A stretch of DNA of 64,000 nt from Phoronis australis (lineage: Eukaryota > Animalia > Phoronida): the NCBI GenBank assembly GCA_002633005.1, contig NMRA01000502.1, positions 1-64,000 of the forward strand, given 5' to 3'. The position numbers and the translations under genes are program-made. A model generated the notes under the pieces. It was not told where the DNA came from. It saw only the letters and a list, made by a program, of their open reading frames with translations, and made no database searches. Positions 42,101 to 52,328 of this stretch are shown here, one piece after another (the stretch's first letter is position 1; each line of letters opens with the position of its first letter).

Positions 42101-45100
42101 ACTTAGTATCCGATACTCAGTTACACTTTGGGTATCGGAAATGTGTGTGTTATCTCTTGTAATTAAGGAACCCATCTGGTTCCTTCTGTGAAATATTTAT
42201 TTGTAGAGCTGTGACCCTGAAATCCCCAATACAACTTAAAATATTTATTATTCTTGTTGTTTTATTTGTCCCCAATAAATCCTATTATTTGGGCAAATAA
42301 CATTCTACAGTCCTTCATCTTCATATCCAACTCCGAGTTAGTTCCTAACAAGTCGGATGGTAGCGCTGCTTGTTACTTCTCTCCAGCTTCCTGTTGGCCC
42401 AGCCTCAAGCAACAGTACATTCACTCGCAAGTTTTCCTAATAAGACAAGTTTATACCTCTCCCACCCTCCCTACCCTGGGTACCACAAAATCTCAAGTCA
42501 ACCGATTTATACCTTTCCCACACTCACTTCGTTTTGTTGAACAAAATCTGCTGTTGGTTATTGTTGTTTTTACAGTCACTGCTGTTACCGGTACCTTCTT
42601 CAATCCCGGAGCGTGTAACCGTTAGGCAAGAACCGACGTCATTGGCTAACGACCCGTCTTGTACTCGAGCATCCATTACTGCAGCTTGCTTCTCTCCACC
42701 TCGGTCACAGCTCTCGGCACATACCGAGCCACAACACCACGTCCCTTACAATATATCTTTTTGTCACCCCGGCTGGTCTGCTCACTCAGCTTGTCCGGAA
42801 CCTGCTTTGCAGGTTGTTATAGCCCATTTGGCAGTTTGTACCCACTTGGTACTTGTTATTGAATTTGCCGTTTTGCTCGACCCAGTTGGTAGGCAATCGG
42901 CCAATACCCATTTGGTATTGTGTATGTTTTTGCGCGCGCATGCGTGGATTCTTTGGCGTTTTCAAATTCCTGGCTTTATTATTTCTATGGCATTTATGGT
43001 CACTAAAATTTTGCGTAGCGTTACCATTTTCCAATCGAGTCACATAAGAGTCACATTATAAGAAAGCCCTGATATGCCTTAAATGTAACAATTTCGTAAA
43101 ATGTTACCTTTTACGTTATTGTTACATTTTATGTTGCTAAGCCTCTCCTAAAATGTAACAAGTTGTTACGTTTTACGTAGTTGCTACATTTCACGTCGAA
43201 GGGACAAGCGAGAAATTGTTACATTTTACGTAACCCACGCCATATTGCAAAAATGACCTAAATCAAGAACAAGTGGTATCTGACAAGGCTGGGGGGGTTA
43301 CTGGAGTATTTTTAGACGATGAGTTGCGTCCGAAAAATTTTAATACCTACCCATTTAGAGAGTGGGCTCGTACAAAAAGTGGCCCATTTAGAGACTAATT
43401 GGTGTAAAAATCACATTTCTGTTCCAGAAATTCAGGAAAGCCACCATTTGGTGCCATTTTCGACAAAAATATATCTTGGATAGTATTTTTCTGTGAAAAA
43501 AACACTCTTTTGGGCTGAACTTTTGGTATACATCTTCTTTAGAAATGAAAAGCGCTAACACGACCTGAATCCTTTTTATTAGTGTTACAGACATTACTAT
43601 CACTACTGTTACTACTGCTAACACTATTACTACTATCACAAGTAGTACTCGTTATCGTTTTCGTTATCCCTATTATTATTATTATTAAATTTATTTATTG
43701 AGGACACAATACATGTTTAGCAAAATGCTAATACACTGTACATCATGCTCCTCAAAGATTTTAAAGTCATCTCATTTATGGTTCAATGTTGTCATCGGGC
43801 AAGTGCTGTTCCAAAAGGATATTAAAGGGGCTCCTATGTTCAGCTTAACGATATTGTGAGGTACGTCTTGACAGCTGCGGATGCAGAGTAGGCGTACTTT
43901 TTGAAAACGAGGAGGCTGAGATTTAAAATCTTGTTTAGATGTCCAACAACTTCAAACATTGAGTATTTCTGAACAATCCGAAAGCACTGTATTTTTGTAA
44001 ATATAACTATATCCATCCGTAGTTTGCCACGAAAAACTGAATTTAAATCGCAATATTATCTCTGACTACCAGTTGGAAACATTCCTTGTCAAAGAACTGG
44101 GGATCGTTGCAAGATGATGTGTAAGTTCAAAAAATTGCGTTAAGTTGAACTCTGGAAACATTTTACATTTTTCGAGAAGTAACGAGTAGAATATCTGGTA
44201 ACGTACATACAAAACTCGCAACGATTTCATGTGGAATGAGCCCCAATATTCTTAGAAAAGCACAGTGATTTAACAGAATAATTTGAACTTGGTTTCATTA
44301 AAAGTGGATTGCATGGAACAATAACTTCCAACGTCGAAGTCAGCAATGTTTAATATGATCATTTATTAAATTGCATCAAAAGGATTAATATAATAAATTC
44401 CCTTATCTTCGAGCTGCAACACATGATTTCACGTCCATTAATAAAAGAATGTCCAATCTTTCTCCTTATTTATATGTACTTCGAACTAATGGCCATTGAC
44501 CAAATAGCACTTTTAATTCACATTTTATCTTAAAAGATAATGGAAAGAGGAAGTGCATGTTTTTAGAGTCCGAAAGGCCAGTTTTTTTTTGATTATTGGT
44601 CCTTTAAATTTTCGACCTAGACCAGGTTTGAACAAAATGATCCTATCCTTTCAGAGAGCAAAATATTTTCTATATCCCCCAGCTAGGCATCCCATTTTTA
44701 AGTATACACGTCACGGTTTGACCTGTTGTTACCACTGCTATTTCAGACAAGCTTATATCATAGAAACAGTGACATTTCTTTCGTTACTATGCCGCCACGT
44801 TTGTAAGCTAAGGGCTCGCCCTTCTCAAAGGCGATATTTTGCTGTTGCTTTGGCAAAATCTGTCAACCTGCCGGCAAATAAATGCATGCTTTTATTTCCT
44901 TCCACCACAGTTTCTTTAAGAAATTGTCATTCGCAACTAAGGTGGTAGACAGCATCCGCCGGCATCAGAAACTTTGGTTTTGCTCCTTCTGTGTGAAGCA
45001 GAGCAATTACTGTATTGACGATGACTCCAAGCCAATAAAACACTGGCTGAAATAAATAAAACTATCGTGGACAAAAACTGGTGTTTTTCTATCAAACTGG

Positions 45101-48100
45101 CTTCCGAAATAGAATTTTCCATGAAAAAAATTGTTATTGTCGTTCGTTCCCGAAGAAATACGATAAATATTAGCCAAATACGATGTTATTGTTGTTCTTA
45201 CCAAGGGAAACGTGTTTGCTGTTGTGTCGGATACACAATTGGCTTATGAGCGCCAACAAAAGATTGCAAGAACGCTTTAACTGTAAAAAAAACTTGTTAC
45301 TTGATCCTCGTTTCTTGTGGAGTTGAAACTATATGCTGTATATTTTTGACTACATGTATACAATAAAACTACTCATGTTAAAAAACCATGGATAGTACAT
45401 AGGGGCACATCTATAAAATCAACCTGGCACATTTGATAGAATTTTGTTCACACAATCCGAGAAAGAAGGCGTTCAGTTTGTCAACAGTTTCCTCCGTGTT
45501 ACAAATGCCATGCAAACTCATGAAATAAGACGTCGCTTTCGTAAAATGTAACAATGGTACATTTCTTGCATGTGCATTCGACGTAAGTTGTAACAACTTC
45601 ATAAAATGTAACAACTTGTTACATTTTGGAGATGCCTAGCAACGTATAGAAATTTATTTTACGAATTTGTTACATTTTAGTCTTGCTCCTTTTGTGTGGA
45701 GCATTAGTGATGACTTCAAGGCAATAAAACACTGGCTGAAATAAATCAAACTATCGGTGTATTTTTCTATCAAATTATCTTCCGAAATGGAATTCTTCGG
45801 GAAAAATCTCATTGTCTTTTGTTCCCGAACAAATACGATAAATATTAGCCAAAATGTGGTATCGTTATTTGTGTTGTGCTAACCAAGGGAAGTGTGTTCA
45901 ACGTAATGCCGGGTACACAATAGGTTTCTGACCTGCGAACGCCAACAAAATATTGCAAGAACGCTTAAACAATAAAAACTTGTTGCCTGATCCTGGAGTT
46001 TCGTCTTGAGTTGAAACTGTACGGGGTACATTTTGACTATACCAAAAAACTGCTCATGTAAAGAATAATGGAAAGCACGTAGGGACACATCTATAATTCG
46101 AACAGGCATATTTGATAGAATTTCATTCAAACAATCCGAGAAAGAAGGCGTTAAGTGTTTGAATCGTTTTCCTCCGTGGGACAAATACACTGTACTACGC
46201 TTTCGTACAATGTAAAAATGATACATTGCTCGCACGTGTTTTTGAAGTAAATTGTAACAATTACATAAAATATAACAAGTGGTTACACTTCAGGAGAGGC
46301 CTAGCAAAGTAAAATGTAATAATGACCTGAAATGTAACAGTTGTTACAGTTTAGGAAATTGCCACATTTTACGGCCCTTCATCAGTTCTTGATGGCATAT
46401 TATTATAGCAGAAGCATAAGACAATTTAATTCGTAAGTAATTATCTTTTCTTGTATTCGGCAGATTTAAAAGTACATTTTTTATTTAAAAACCACGAGTG
46501 TTACCAAAATGCAAACATAACATGATGTAAAAGTAACATAAAAAGAAACGAACCAGAAAGGTAATATGAATGACTACTTAAACCAGCAGGGAAATAATTT
46601 CAATGATTAGAAAGATAACCATCCTCGCAGTTGCTGTGACGAATTTAGTCAGGCATTCATCCAAAATTATAGTCTTTACGAAGTAACCGGAAGTTTGTTG
46701 CAGTTTGATACAATCACATTCTTCATTAAAAATTCAGGATGTAGAGACATTTAGGAAAATGCGATAAACTAATTACTCCAACTATCTATCCGAAATTTGG
46801 GCATTGAAATAACAAGATGTGATATTCTAACGTTCTCTTGTTATTTAAATATTCATTATACCATACTTAAAACGAGGCAATACAAGCCTAGTATTAGAGT
46901 CTTCGTGGTTTCAATGGCGAGAAAATGTTTGACGTCATTATGAATTCCAGCGAACCTGCATATTTCCCTCAAGGCATTGTTCATATGTGGTGAATATAAG
47001 AGGTTATCACGAATATTTATACCTAGCGACTTAAAAGAACTAATTTGTTAAATTTCAAAATAAATAAATTTTGAATGAAAGCCATGGATAAATTTCGGAA
47101 GTTCATGAAAACGAGTTGTACTCGTTTGTGTTTAAAAGAAGCCCATTTGCATTTATCCAGGGCTGAATTTTCCCAAGCTCGCTAGAAATAAGACGATATT
47201 CGTTATTACACAGCAAAATACCATTCGTAATGGCTGTATCATCAGCATAACAAATGAAATCAAAGATATTGATGGAATTTACAAAATGATTCACATAAAT
47301 ATTAAAAATGGTAAATCCCCAGAATTGGCACTAAGTACTTCGTGGTTTATCTGAACATTCTAAAGAGGTCGGACAGTCAACTACCGTAAAAACGAGAACT
47401 TACAAATGGGATATTGCAACCAGAACATTTCAGCTTATCAACTAAACATGAGTGACTTACTTGTAAATTGTCCAAAGCTTTGGAACGATCAAATAAGAAA
47501 GTCGTAGGTAATTTCCTAGAGGTTTCATTTTGGTGACGACGAGGCAATAAATAAACGCAAATATACTAAATGAATGGTTTTGTCATCTCATCTTCACATA
47601 CAACCTCATCATTATTTTCAGTTCGATACTATAATTTGTATAAACATTGCTATTTAATCAAATTTGCATCTCTTTCTAAGTATGCTTTGGGGGCAAACAG
47701 GGATACGTAACTGCTTATGGAAACAATTTAGCATTTCTTTGTCTTCAACCTACGAAATTAGTGGGATTTTGAGCAGGACATAGGAGTCGTCAAAATAATT
47801 TGTCTCAAAATAGAGTTTAACATTTTCATGATTGTATTTGTTATACGAATTTTTTTTTATAAACCGTGCCCCTCCAAGAACGAACGGTGTCTCGCACTTA
47901 GTTAACATAGCGACCAGTCTATCACTTTAACGCATTTAATTAATATTATACAAAGTAATAAGTAATCAGCAATTAGAAGGACTACCTGATTTTTTATCCA
48001 AGTGTTCTCAGCGAGCAGCTGAGGAGTCGCAAGACTCCCGCCACGTGCGTCACAGTAGGTTTGACTGTCCATCCAGCTAGCGTTTAATCCTTTTACAAAC

Positions 48101-48314
48101 TTGTACTGGTGTCCCTTGAAGGTCAAGTAATCAGCTGTAGATAAAAAGGAGCAACGATAAAACAAGTGGAAAATAGTTCAACAATAAAAACAACACAAAA
48201 GATGATGATTTCCGTTTTTTTTAAAACACACACTTGAAATGCATCATACCTACCAGTAATTAACCGTACAATCAAGAACGTCCAAACGTGGGACAAAGTG
48301 ACTTCAAGATACAT
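11977..48314 (-). CDS. Spliced gene for a secreted multi-C-type-lectin protein (signal peptide, 3 CTLDs, probable PAN/apple-like C-terminus); full span, exons listed separately
   Basis: Ten exons with GT-AG boundaries and phases that join in frame, except across the unresolved middle of CTLD2. CTLD motifs seen: W..A/S...C....G.LA, WIG, C......G.W....C.....F.C. Confidence 0.85.
13127..13249 (-). CDS. Lectin gene, CTLD3 part C (NLETDEASSGSAEVCLFMNSSGLWGDESCLNEMESFVCQLL)
   Basis: Acceptor cttttcag| and donor G|GTAAGA, phase 1-1. Same 123-bp length as CTLD1 part C. Confidence 0.9.
14230..14520 (-). mobile_element. 3' remnant of the LINE family also seen at 46490-47520
   Basis: Shares gagtgttaccaaaatgc and aaaccagca.ggaaa....tcaatgatt with 46495-46615. 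Confidence 0.45.
15180..15489. mobile_element. Degenerate MITE with imperfect TIRs and internal repeats
   Basis: tatggagtgccatag...tgcgttgaaatatgcttaat pairs with attaagcacatttcaacgca...ctgtggcgcttcgta. Repeated tacgcg units inside. Confidence 0.55.
15957..16059 (-). CDS. Lectin gene, CTLD3 part B (GKDLALTFPLWIGVHNSGSDSTFLTATNDPVTYT)
   Basis: Acceptor tttcag| (phase 0), WIG motif, donor A|GTAAGT (phase 1). Confidence 0.9.
16675..16830. mobile_element. hAT-like MITE
   Basis: TIR CAGTGCTGTA...TACAGCACTG. Flanking 8-mers tctgcttt and tctgagtt match 6/8, a plausible decayed 8-bp TSD. Confidence 0.65.
17361..17473. repeat. Two-copy GC-rich tandem repeat (~58 bp)
   Basis: cgcgacgggcctgatcggg.tcc.agccactggccgggat occurs twice. 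Confidence 0.75.
18302..18447 (-). CDS. Lectin gene, CTLD3 part A (LDFLMHDGNRFLFLPELTTWQAARITCQEAGGNLATPKNAVENEWIKQQ)
   Basis: Acceptor ttttgtag| (phase 1) and donor CAG|GTAAAC (phase 0). Clear paralogue of CTLD1 part A. Confidence 0.93.
20356..21687 (-). mobile_element. Kolobok-type element with THAP remnant and ~285-bp inverted ends
   Basis: TTAA|AGGCAAAGGCAACC ... GGTTGCCTTCGCCT|TTAA (TSDs at 20352-20355 and 21688-21691), with an internal THAP-domain pseudo-ORF. Confidence 0.88.
20640..21420 (-). pseudogene. Frameshifted THAP zinc finger plus N-terminal part of a Kolobok-type transposase (no catalytic core)
   Basis: MPRCCCVPGC...RRFPK...W, then YRVCGKHF, then RLKKDTIPSL (THAP C2CH and AVPTIF-like box). 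After an S/E-rich linker come KFIV, ELFRRCQVCG and WECVAGHSGKWDS. Confidence 0.8.
22837..23545. mobile_element. Non-autonomous element with TTTATACCACA inverted ends (Crypton-like termini), carrying a 22-bp palindrome and a tRNA-like Pol III cassette
   Basis: tttataccaca (22837) pairs with tgtggtataaa (23535-23545). The segment is absent at the equivalent site in copy 2 (about 45130). The Crypton assignment is from recall of similar termini and is unverified. Confidence 0.6.
22919..23000 (-). promoter_or_regulatory. tRNA-derived Pol III promoter (A and B boxes), not a functional tRNA
   Basis: The minus strand reads TGGTGTAGTGGTTAG ... GGTTCGACTCC. The acceptor stem does not pair. Confidence 0.65.
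23543..23711. mobile_element. Whole-length palindromic element (~170-bp hairpin)
   Basis: atagattattacatg...ggggc-tgac-gcccc...catgtaataatctat. The arms pair almost throughout. Confidence 0.85.
25795..26942 (-). mobile_element. Penelope-like retroelement fragment (GIY-YIG endonuclease) with inverted terminal repeat
   Basis: 25822-26340 encodes SLYQMKC...TYIGETKRPFLTRFKEH...AVGEH...GH...LNRDRG. 25795-25909 is an inverted copy of 26822-26942. Confidence 0.88.
27147..27272 (-). CDS. Lectin gene, CTLD2 part C (xWGPKEPSGVVDENLCGFMSPQNGVWNKGYCHDKNVFICQRR)
   Basis: Acceptor ttgcag| and donor C|GTAAGT, phase 1-1. EPS and WN motifs, FIC. Confidence 0.92.
28629..28821. mobile_element. Small Kolobok-type MITE
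   Basis: ctaa|AGGCATATTGAGCC ... GGCTGAATATGCCT|ttaa. Confidence 0.6.
29555..29720 (+). mobile_element. Second Penelope-like fragment (C-terminal end of the GIY-YIG domain)
   Basis: DFEEDWFRRGVKEALH...PSLNKRGGLRFHLS matches the Penelope-like element (PLE) C-terminal pattern W..R.VKEA.....P.LN...G. Confidence 0.7.
29875..29942. other. Assembly gap
   Basis: Run of N. Confidence 1.
32458..32525 (-). repeat. tRNA-derived (SINE-like) head
   Basis: The minus strand reads TGGTGGAGTGGTAA ... GATTTCGAGTC, with A- and B-box spacing. Confidence 0.45.
36411..36544 (-). CDS. Lectin gene, CTLD2 part A (GSFVPYKEFGFLVPRKTLNWTEAKSFCQKRDSHLAFPFDNATNAW)
   Basis: Acceptor gtttcag| (phase 1) and donor TGG|GTATGC. 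WTEAKSFC...HLA motif. Confidence 0.88.
37169..37291 (-). CDS. Lectin gene, CTLD1 part C (NWKDGVNTSTMYIKCAIMLSNGKWDTVLCTDKRDSFVCKML)
   Basis: Acceptor tttcag| and donor G|GTAAAC, phase 1-1. C..GKW...C....FVC pattern. Translated by hand because it is absent from the ORF track. Confidence 0.9.
37632..37728 (-). CDS. Lectin gene, CTLD1 part B (MDRLGLQIPMWIGLSNREGTWASPGDESYFFS)
   Basis: Acceptor cgtag| (phase 0), WIGL motif, donor A|GTAAGT (phase 1). Confidence 0.9.
38028..38456. mobile_element. Foldback/MITE of about 430 bp with near-perfect ~190-bp arms built from short repeats
   Basis: CAAGGTACCTAAACTACACGGTCAACGGACTC pairs with GAGTCCGTTGACCGTGTAGTTTAGGTACCTTG. The arms are made of acggactca.aaacacg units and flanked by TA-rich sequence. 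Confidence 0.88.
39328..39630 (+). mobile_element. Possible solo LTR
   Basis: TGTTGT...ACAACA termini and AATAAA about 65 bp before the end. No clean TSD. Confidence 0.4.
40880..42920. repeat. Tandem array of a ~900-940-bp unit (about 2.2 copies)
   Basis: gagccacaacaccacgt occurs at about 40892, 41826 and 42726. Each unit has a cluster of CCCAnTTGG motifs. Confidence 0.9.
43070..45680 (-). mobile_element. AAAATGTAAC element, copy 2 (inverted relative to copy 1)
   Basis: For example gatttaaaatcttgtttagatg (about 43920) is near the reverse complement of catctaaacaagattttaaatc (24961). Homology runs through the whole element. Confidence 0.8.
45720..46384 (-). mobile_element. AAAATGTAAC element, partial copy 3, in tandem after copy 2
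   Basis: caataaaacactggctgaaataaat at 45722 repeats about 45033, and homology continues to the TGTAAC-rich end. Confidence 0.75.
46490..47520 (-). mobile_element. Decayed LINE (reverse transcriptase remnant)
   Basis: FDFICYADDTAI ... W..ANGLLLN at 47103-47294. The rest is interrupted by many stops. Confidence 0.7.
47986..48134 (-). CDS. Lectin gene, CTLD1 part A (ADYLTFKGHQYKFVKGLNASWMDSQTYCDARGGSLATPQLLAENTWIKNQ)
   Basis: Acceptor ctacag| (phase 1) and donor CAG|GTAGT (phase 0). Canonical CTLD N-terminal half. Confidence 0.92.
48254..48314 (-). CDS. Lectin gene exon 1: signal peptide MYLEVTLSHVWTFLIVRLIT
   Basis: ATG, hydrophobic stretch, phase-1 donor G|GTAGGT, then a 119-bp intron to the next exon. 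Confidence 0.75.
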
Positions 48315-50516
48315 GGTTGTCCTTCAGAACGGCTGTGTTTCATTGAATTATGCAGCTCCATTTATAGGAAAAGTTTTATGAACTTTAATAATCCCTATTA
48401 CGTTCCGGAAATAAATTTGTAATACTGCTAAAATAAATCGGTTCAATTGTATGCGGTGCAGGCAAGCAATTAAAATTTGAGCTTTAATTTCAATCAGAAT
48501 AGGAATTTAACGGAAAACAATTAGCTAATGCGAGTCGGTATTTGGTGCAAAGCACTGGCTTCATAACAACATCAATTATACATGTTGTTATAAGTGGAGA
48601 GCAAACGACAATCATCATTAAATTTGGTGTTATTGTTACGCTTCGCTGCGGAGCGAAAAGATGTATTGGTTTTACACAATCGTATTACGCCACAGATCAC
48701 GAATTTTTGTCCGACCGGTCAGGAATGGGTTAATGAGCGGACGTTTAACCGATCATTAGCCGACAAGCAGCGTCTGATGGGAGTCGGCAGCTGAGTCGAC
48801 GATTAGGATTATGCGTATCCTCAGTTGAAAATTACCATTTCATGACACAGGGGATGAACTTATTTACACAACAGTTAATGAAGACAACCTGCTGCCACAC
48901 AGCTTATTCAAAAGCCTAGCTACGCTTTCGGCGATGTGTTAGCGTTGTCACACTGTTAGGCTTATGAAGACAACGCCAAGACAACGGTTCATTTTGACAC
49001 AACCTCATTTAGTGTCACACATTCTAAATTTTGACCATTCAGTCCTTCTTCTACCTCATGGAATAGACAAGAAGAGCAACACTGTTCTGATGTACAGTGT
49101 TATTTACCACAGTGAATAAACCTGATGCGCTAGCTGTTCAAACGTGCTTCTGAAACGAGTGCACAGCAAGTTCACGAGTGAAAAGACACTTTCCTGCATG
49201 TTTATATTCGCTACCGCATAAGTTTCCTCCATTCTCCTCTTATACAACTTGTTTGTGTGCCATTTTGAGTCGAAGACTCACGGAAGTTTTTTTTTAGTTT
49301 TGTGTTTTCAAAACGCGAGGGTGAAATAATGCAAATTAAACTGTCTCCCGTTCTGTACTGACGCAATGACTTCGCTAAAAAGCACGCCTTCGCAAGATTA
49401 CGTGAACTATAATGCTGTGTATTTTAAATGACTTTGGCTAGATTTTATCTATGCCTAGCGTAAGTCCTAGCGTTGCTGAACGCACTCCTGGTTATAGTAT
49501 TTCTGTATGTGGTACTTGCTTTATAAGGATACCAGTTTGTGACGTTTCCGGTGTGAGGCGGCCTCGCCGTTACTTGGCAGTGGGGTTTGACGGAATAAAA
49601 TATTTTCTGAAGTTTTCTGAGGTTGAAACCATGATTTTTCAGAGGGGTATTTTTGACCAGTTCTGAGGGAAATTGTGTGTGATTTTTAACATTTTATATT
49701 TTTGAGAGAGAAGTGGAAGAATATTCGACCCCGTTATCATTTGTGATTGCCATTTCATCGCGTATTCGTATCTTCCACTTGAATATTGTTTCATTTTGTA
49801 TAATTTGGAACTTACGTGATGTTAGAAAAAAGATCATTTTGGGAACAACATCAACAACGGATTGGTCAGTAACGCAGATTTTAATGTCATCGATACATCA
49901 ATTTAGCAAGCGCTAAGCTAGGATCGATTGTAGCGTCAAACGTGATCGATCATTATTACGAGTTTGATATTACTTTACATTCGGAGTTTATAAGAAGTCG
50001 TAGCCATATTATTTAGAATTTGTAACCTTCCGAACTCCTCGGAGTAAGAACACAATATTGGGTTTCAGGCGTCTTTACTCCAAGGGGTTAATACTCTTTG
50101 GTGTCACATCTCGCTCAATTTGAAGAAAAAAATCCGGGTGGTAATATATGCGTTTTCATGGATGACGTTAAAAATAACGCAGTGATTCAAAAAATACCAT
50201 GCTAAACGGAAACACATACAATATTCAGTTCTACGACACAGGTTGTCTCTTCACACCTTACTCGAATCTATTTTTATGTTAAAGTTCTCTTATGAATTGT
50301 ATGTCTGTGAGAAGTTGCCTTTTCTTGATGTCCTTGTACATTATTCTGATGGTGGGTTTCAGATATTTGTGCCTTTCAATGTGCTCAAAGTGACTGCCTG
50401 AACAATACAGACATACTGTTTTGACTAGATACGTAAAAGGGCACACACAATATGACCTGATTGCCATTCAACGTTGAAGTCCAACGCATGGAACAAGTTC
50501 TAGTTAAGTATGGTTA

Positions 50517-50769
50517 CATGCGGGCACCCAGGGGGCGGGGGCGGGGGCGGGGGCGGGAGGGTGGGGGGCTCGGGTGGGTTCGAAAGAGCCCCCCCACTTG
50601 GCGAAGTGGGCAAAAATGTCCGCCCCTCAGAAACAGAAAGTCCGGGAAAATGGCGCACTTTACAGTGGTGCGCCCGTTTTTTTTTTAGTCCACCCGCTCT
50701 TTTGTTAACAAAATGTCCACAACGTCAGGAATTCGAGCCTCCCATATTGGAGGCTGGGTGCGCGCATTG
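50517..50769. mobile_element. GC-rich MITE (hAT-like termini)
   Basis: CATGCGGGCACCCAG ... CTGGGTGCGCGCAT(T)G. No clear TSD. Confidence 0.55.
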
Positions 50770-52328
50770 GTCATACTTATTCTTTGTTAATAACCACGTT
50801 AAGTCCTTCATATCTAGGATTGACTCTCGTGTTGACACTGAACCTAGTAGTAGTACCACTAAGAACATATACTATAAGAACTGTACATTGTGTATGTCCA
50901 ATAATTATCTGAGTGACGAGCGTGTGCTTAACAAGATCGTAGGAGAACGTTAAGGTCGTCAAACCTGGCGATAGATTGAATGTAACTATTTATTATCAGA
51001 ATATAAAGTCTCAAAACCTTGTCATGAAAAACAACCCCAGTAGGGAAAGATTGCGGCCGGTGGCCATATGTAACGATGTTTGTCTATGAATTCACATGGG
51101 CGAATGTCTTCATCCTCATTCTCTTGAACAGCATTATATTGCAAGCCAGGTTCATTCAACATCGTTTTTAACACCAACATGACCGAAAAACGAAACGGAA
51201 AGAAGTAGTAGACAACTCCACCATGCGCTATGTAGAAAATGGCACATTTTGATTAAAGATTTGGGAGTCTCTATTGATAAGTCACGAAAAATTTGTGCCG
51301 GATGAGCAGCTCCCAACTGTGTAAGCTGGCTCTGTTCCATTAAGCCTGTGAGCTCCCTACCGAGTGACTCATTCACACTCTCTGCTTGCATGCCCTTCTA
51401 GGCCTACCTGTTGTACCGTTACCGTTGATTTCACTGTTTATTTGGCTACCCGTTCATTTCACCTATTGCCTTATGTTAATATATGTGGTCTCGAAATATA
51501 GAAATTATTTTAACTTGTTTGTCTGTTATGCCTCTCAGTGTTTTGCTTCATAACTGAACGCCGGAATATAGGAGATTGTATGAGTCTACGAACGAGTATA
51601 TATTAAGCTGCCTAATAAAAAGTACAATCGTGCCTTCCAAGAAGTTAGCGAAACAGGTTACAAAACAAATTCATTTTGTTATGGCAATCGGTTGCTATTT
51701 CAAGAGAGCATTGTTTCAAATTTCTTGCATTAATTAATGTTAACAGAATTTATTTCGAGCGAAGTTTTTACGTCAACAATATTGACAGAACAGTTTCAAA
51801 AACTTAACCGTGTAAGTCAACGTTGCGTAGTAGCGGTACGAAAGTCTTCCAGCATGGTTGCTTGAGCTTCGTTTACAAATTGCCCCTCTACTTTTGTTTT
51901 TTTTTTCGTTTATATTAGATGTATCATGCATGATATTCAGATGTGCAGTTGCAAAAATGACTACTGGGAATAGTGAATCGGAAAGCAAAAATCAAATCAT
52001 CGTAAAATTTGACATTCTTAAGAGCTGCAAAAGTATGATTAGATTTGTATATTCGAAGCACACCTGACGATAAAATTAAAAAAATTACAACTGCCTGACG
52101 TTTTTTTTAAATCTATGAATTTCAGATTTCTTCATGGATTTTTGGTGGTGCTATTTGAAAAATATAAGCATGCCACACGAGGTTGACAAAAGGCAGAACA
52201 ACAAAATGGTTTCATGAATGGACTTTACACAGTTTATTACTGAACAAAGATAACCCCGAGAAATGAATTCCTGATCCCACCACAAACCAATCATGTAATC
52301 ATTGTTTTATGCCATTAAGTCCTAATAA

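Noticed and set aside
42254-43061. 123-aa and 175-aa ORFs
   Set aside because: They lie in the tandem repeat, and the frames are not preserved in the other units.
50510-50953. Gly-rich 147-aa ORF
   Set aside because: Derived from the G-runs of a MITE, and it has no credible coding signal.
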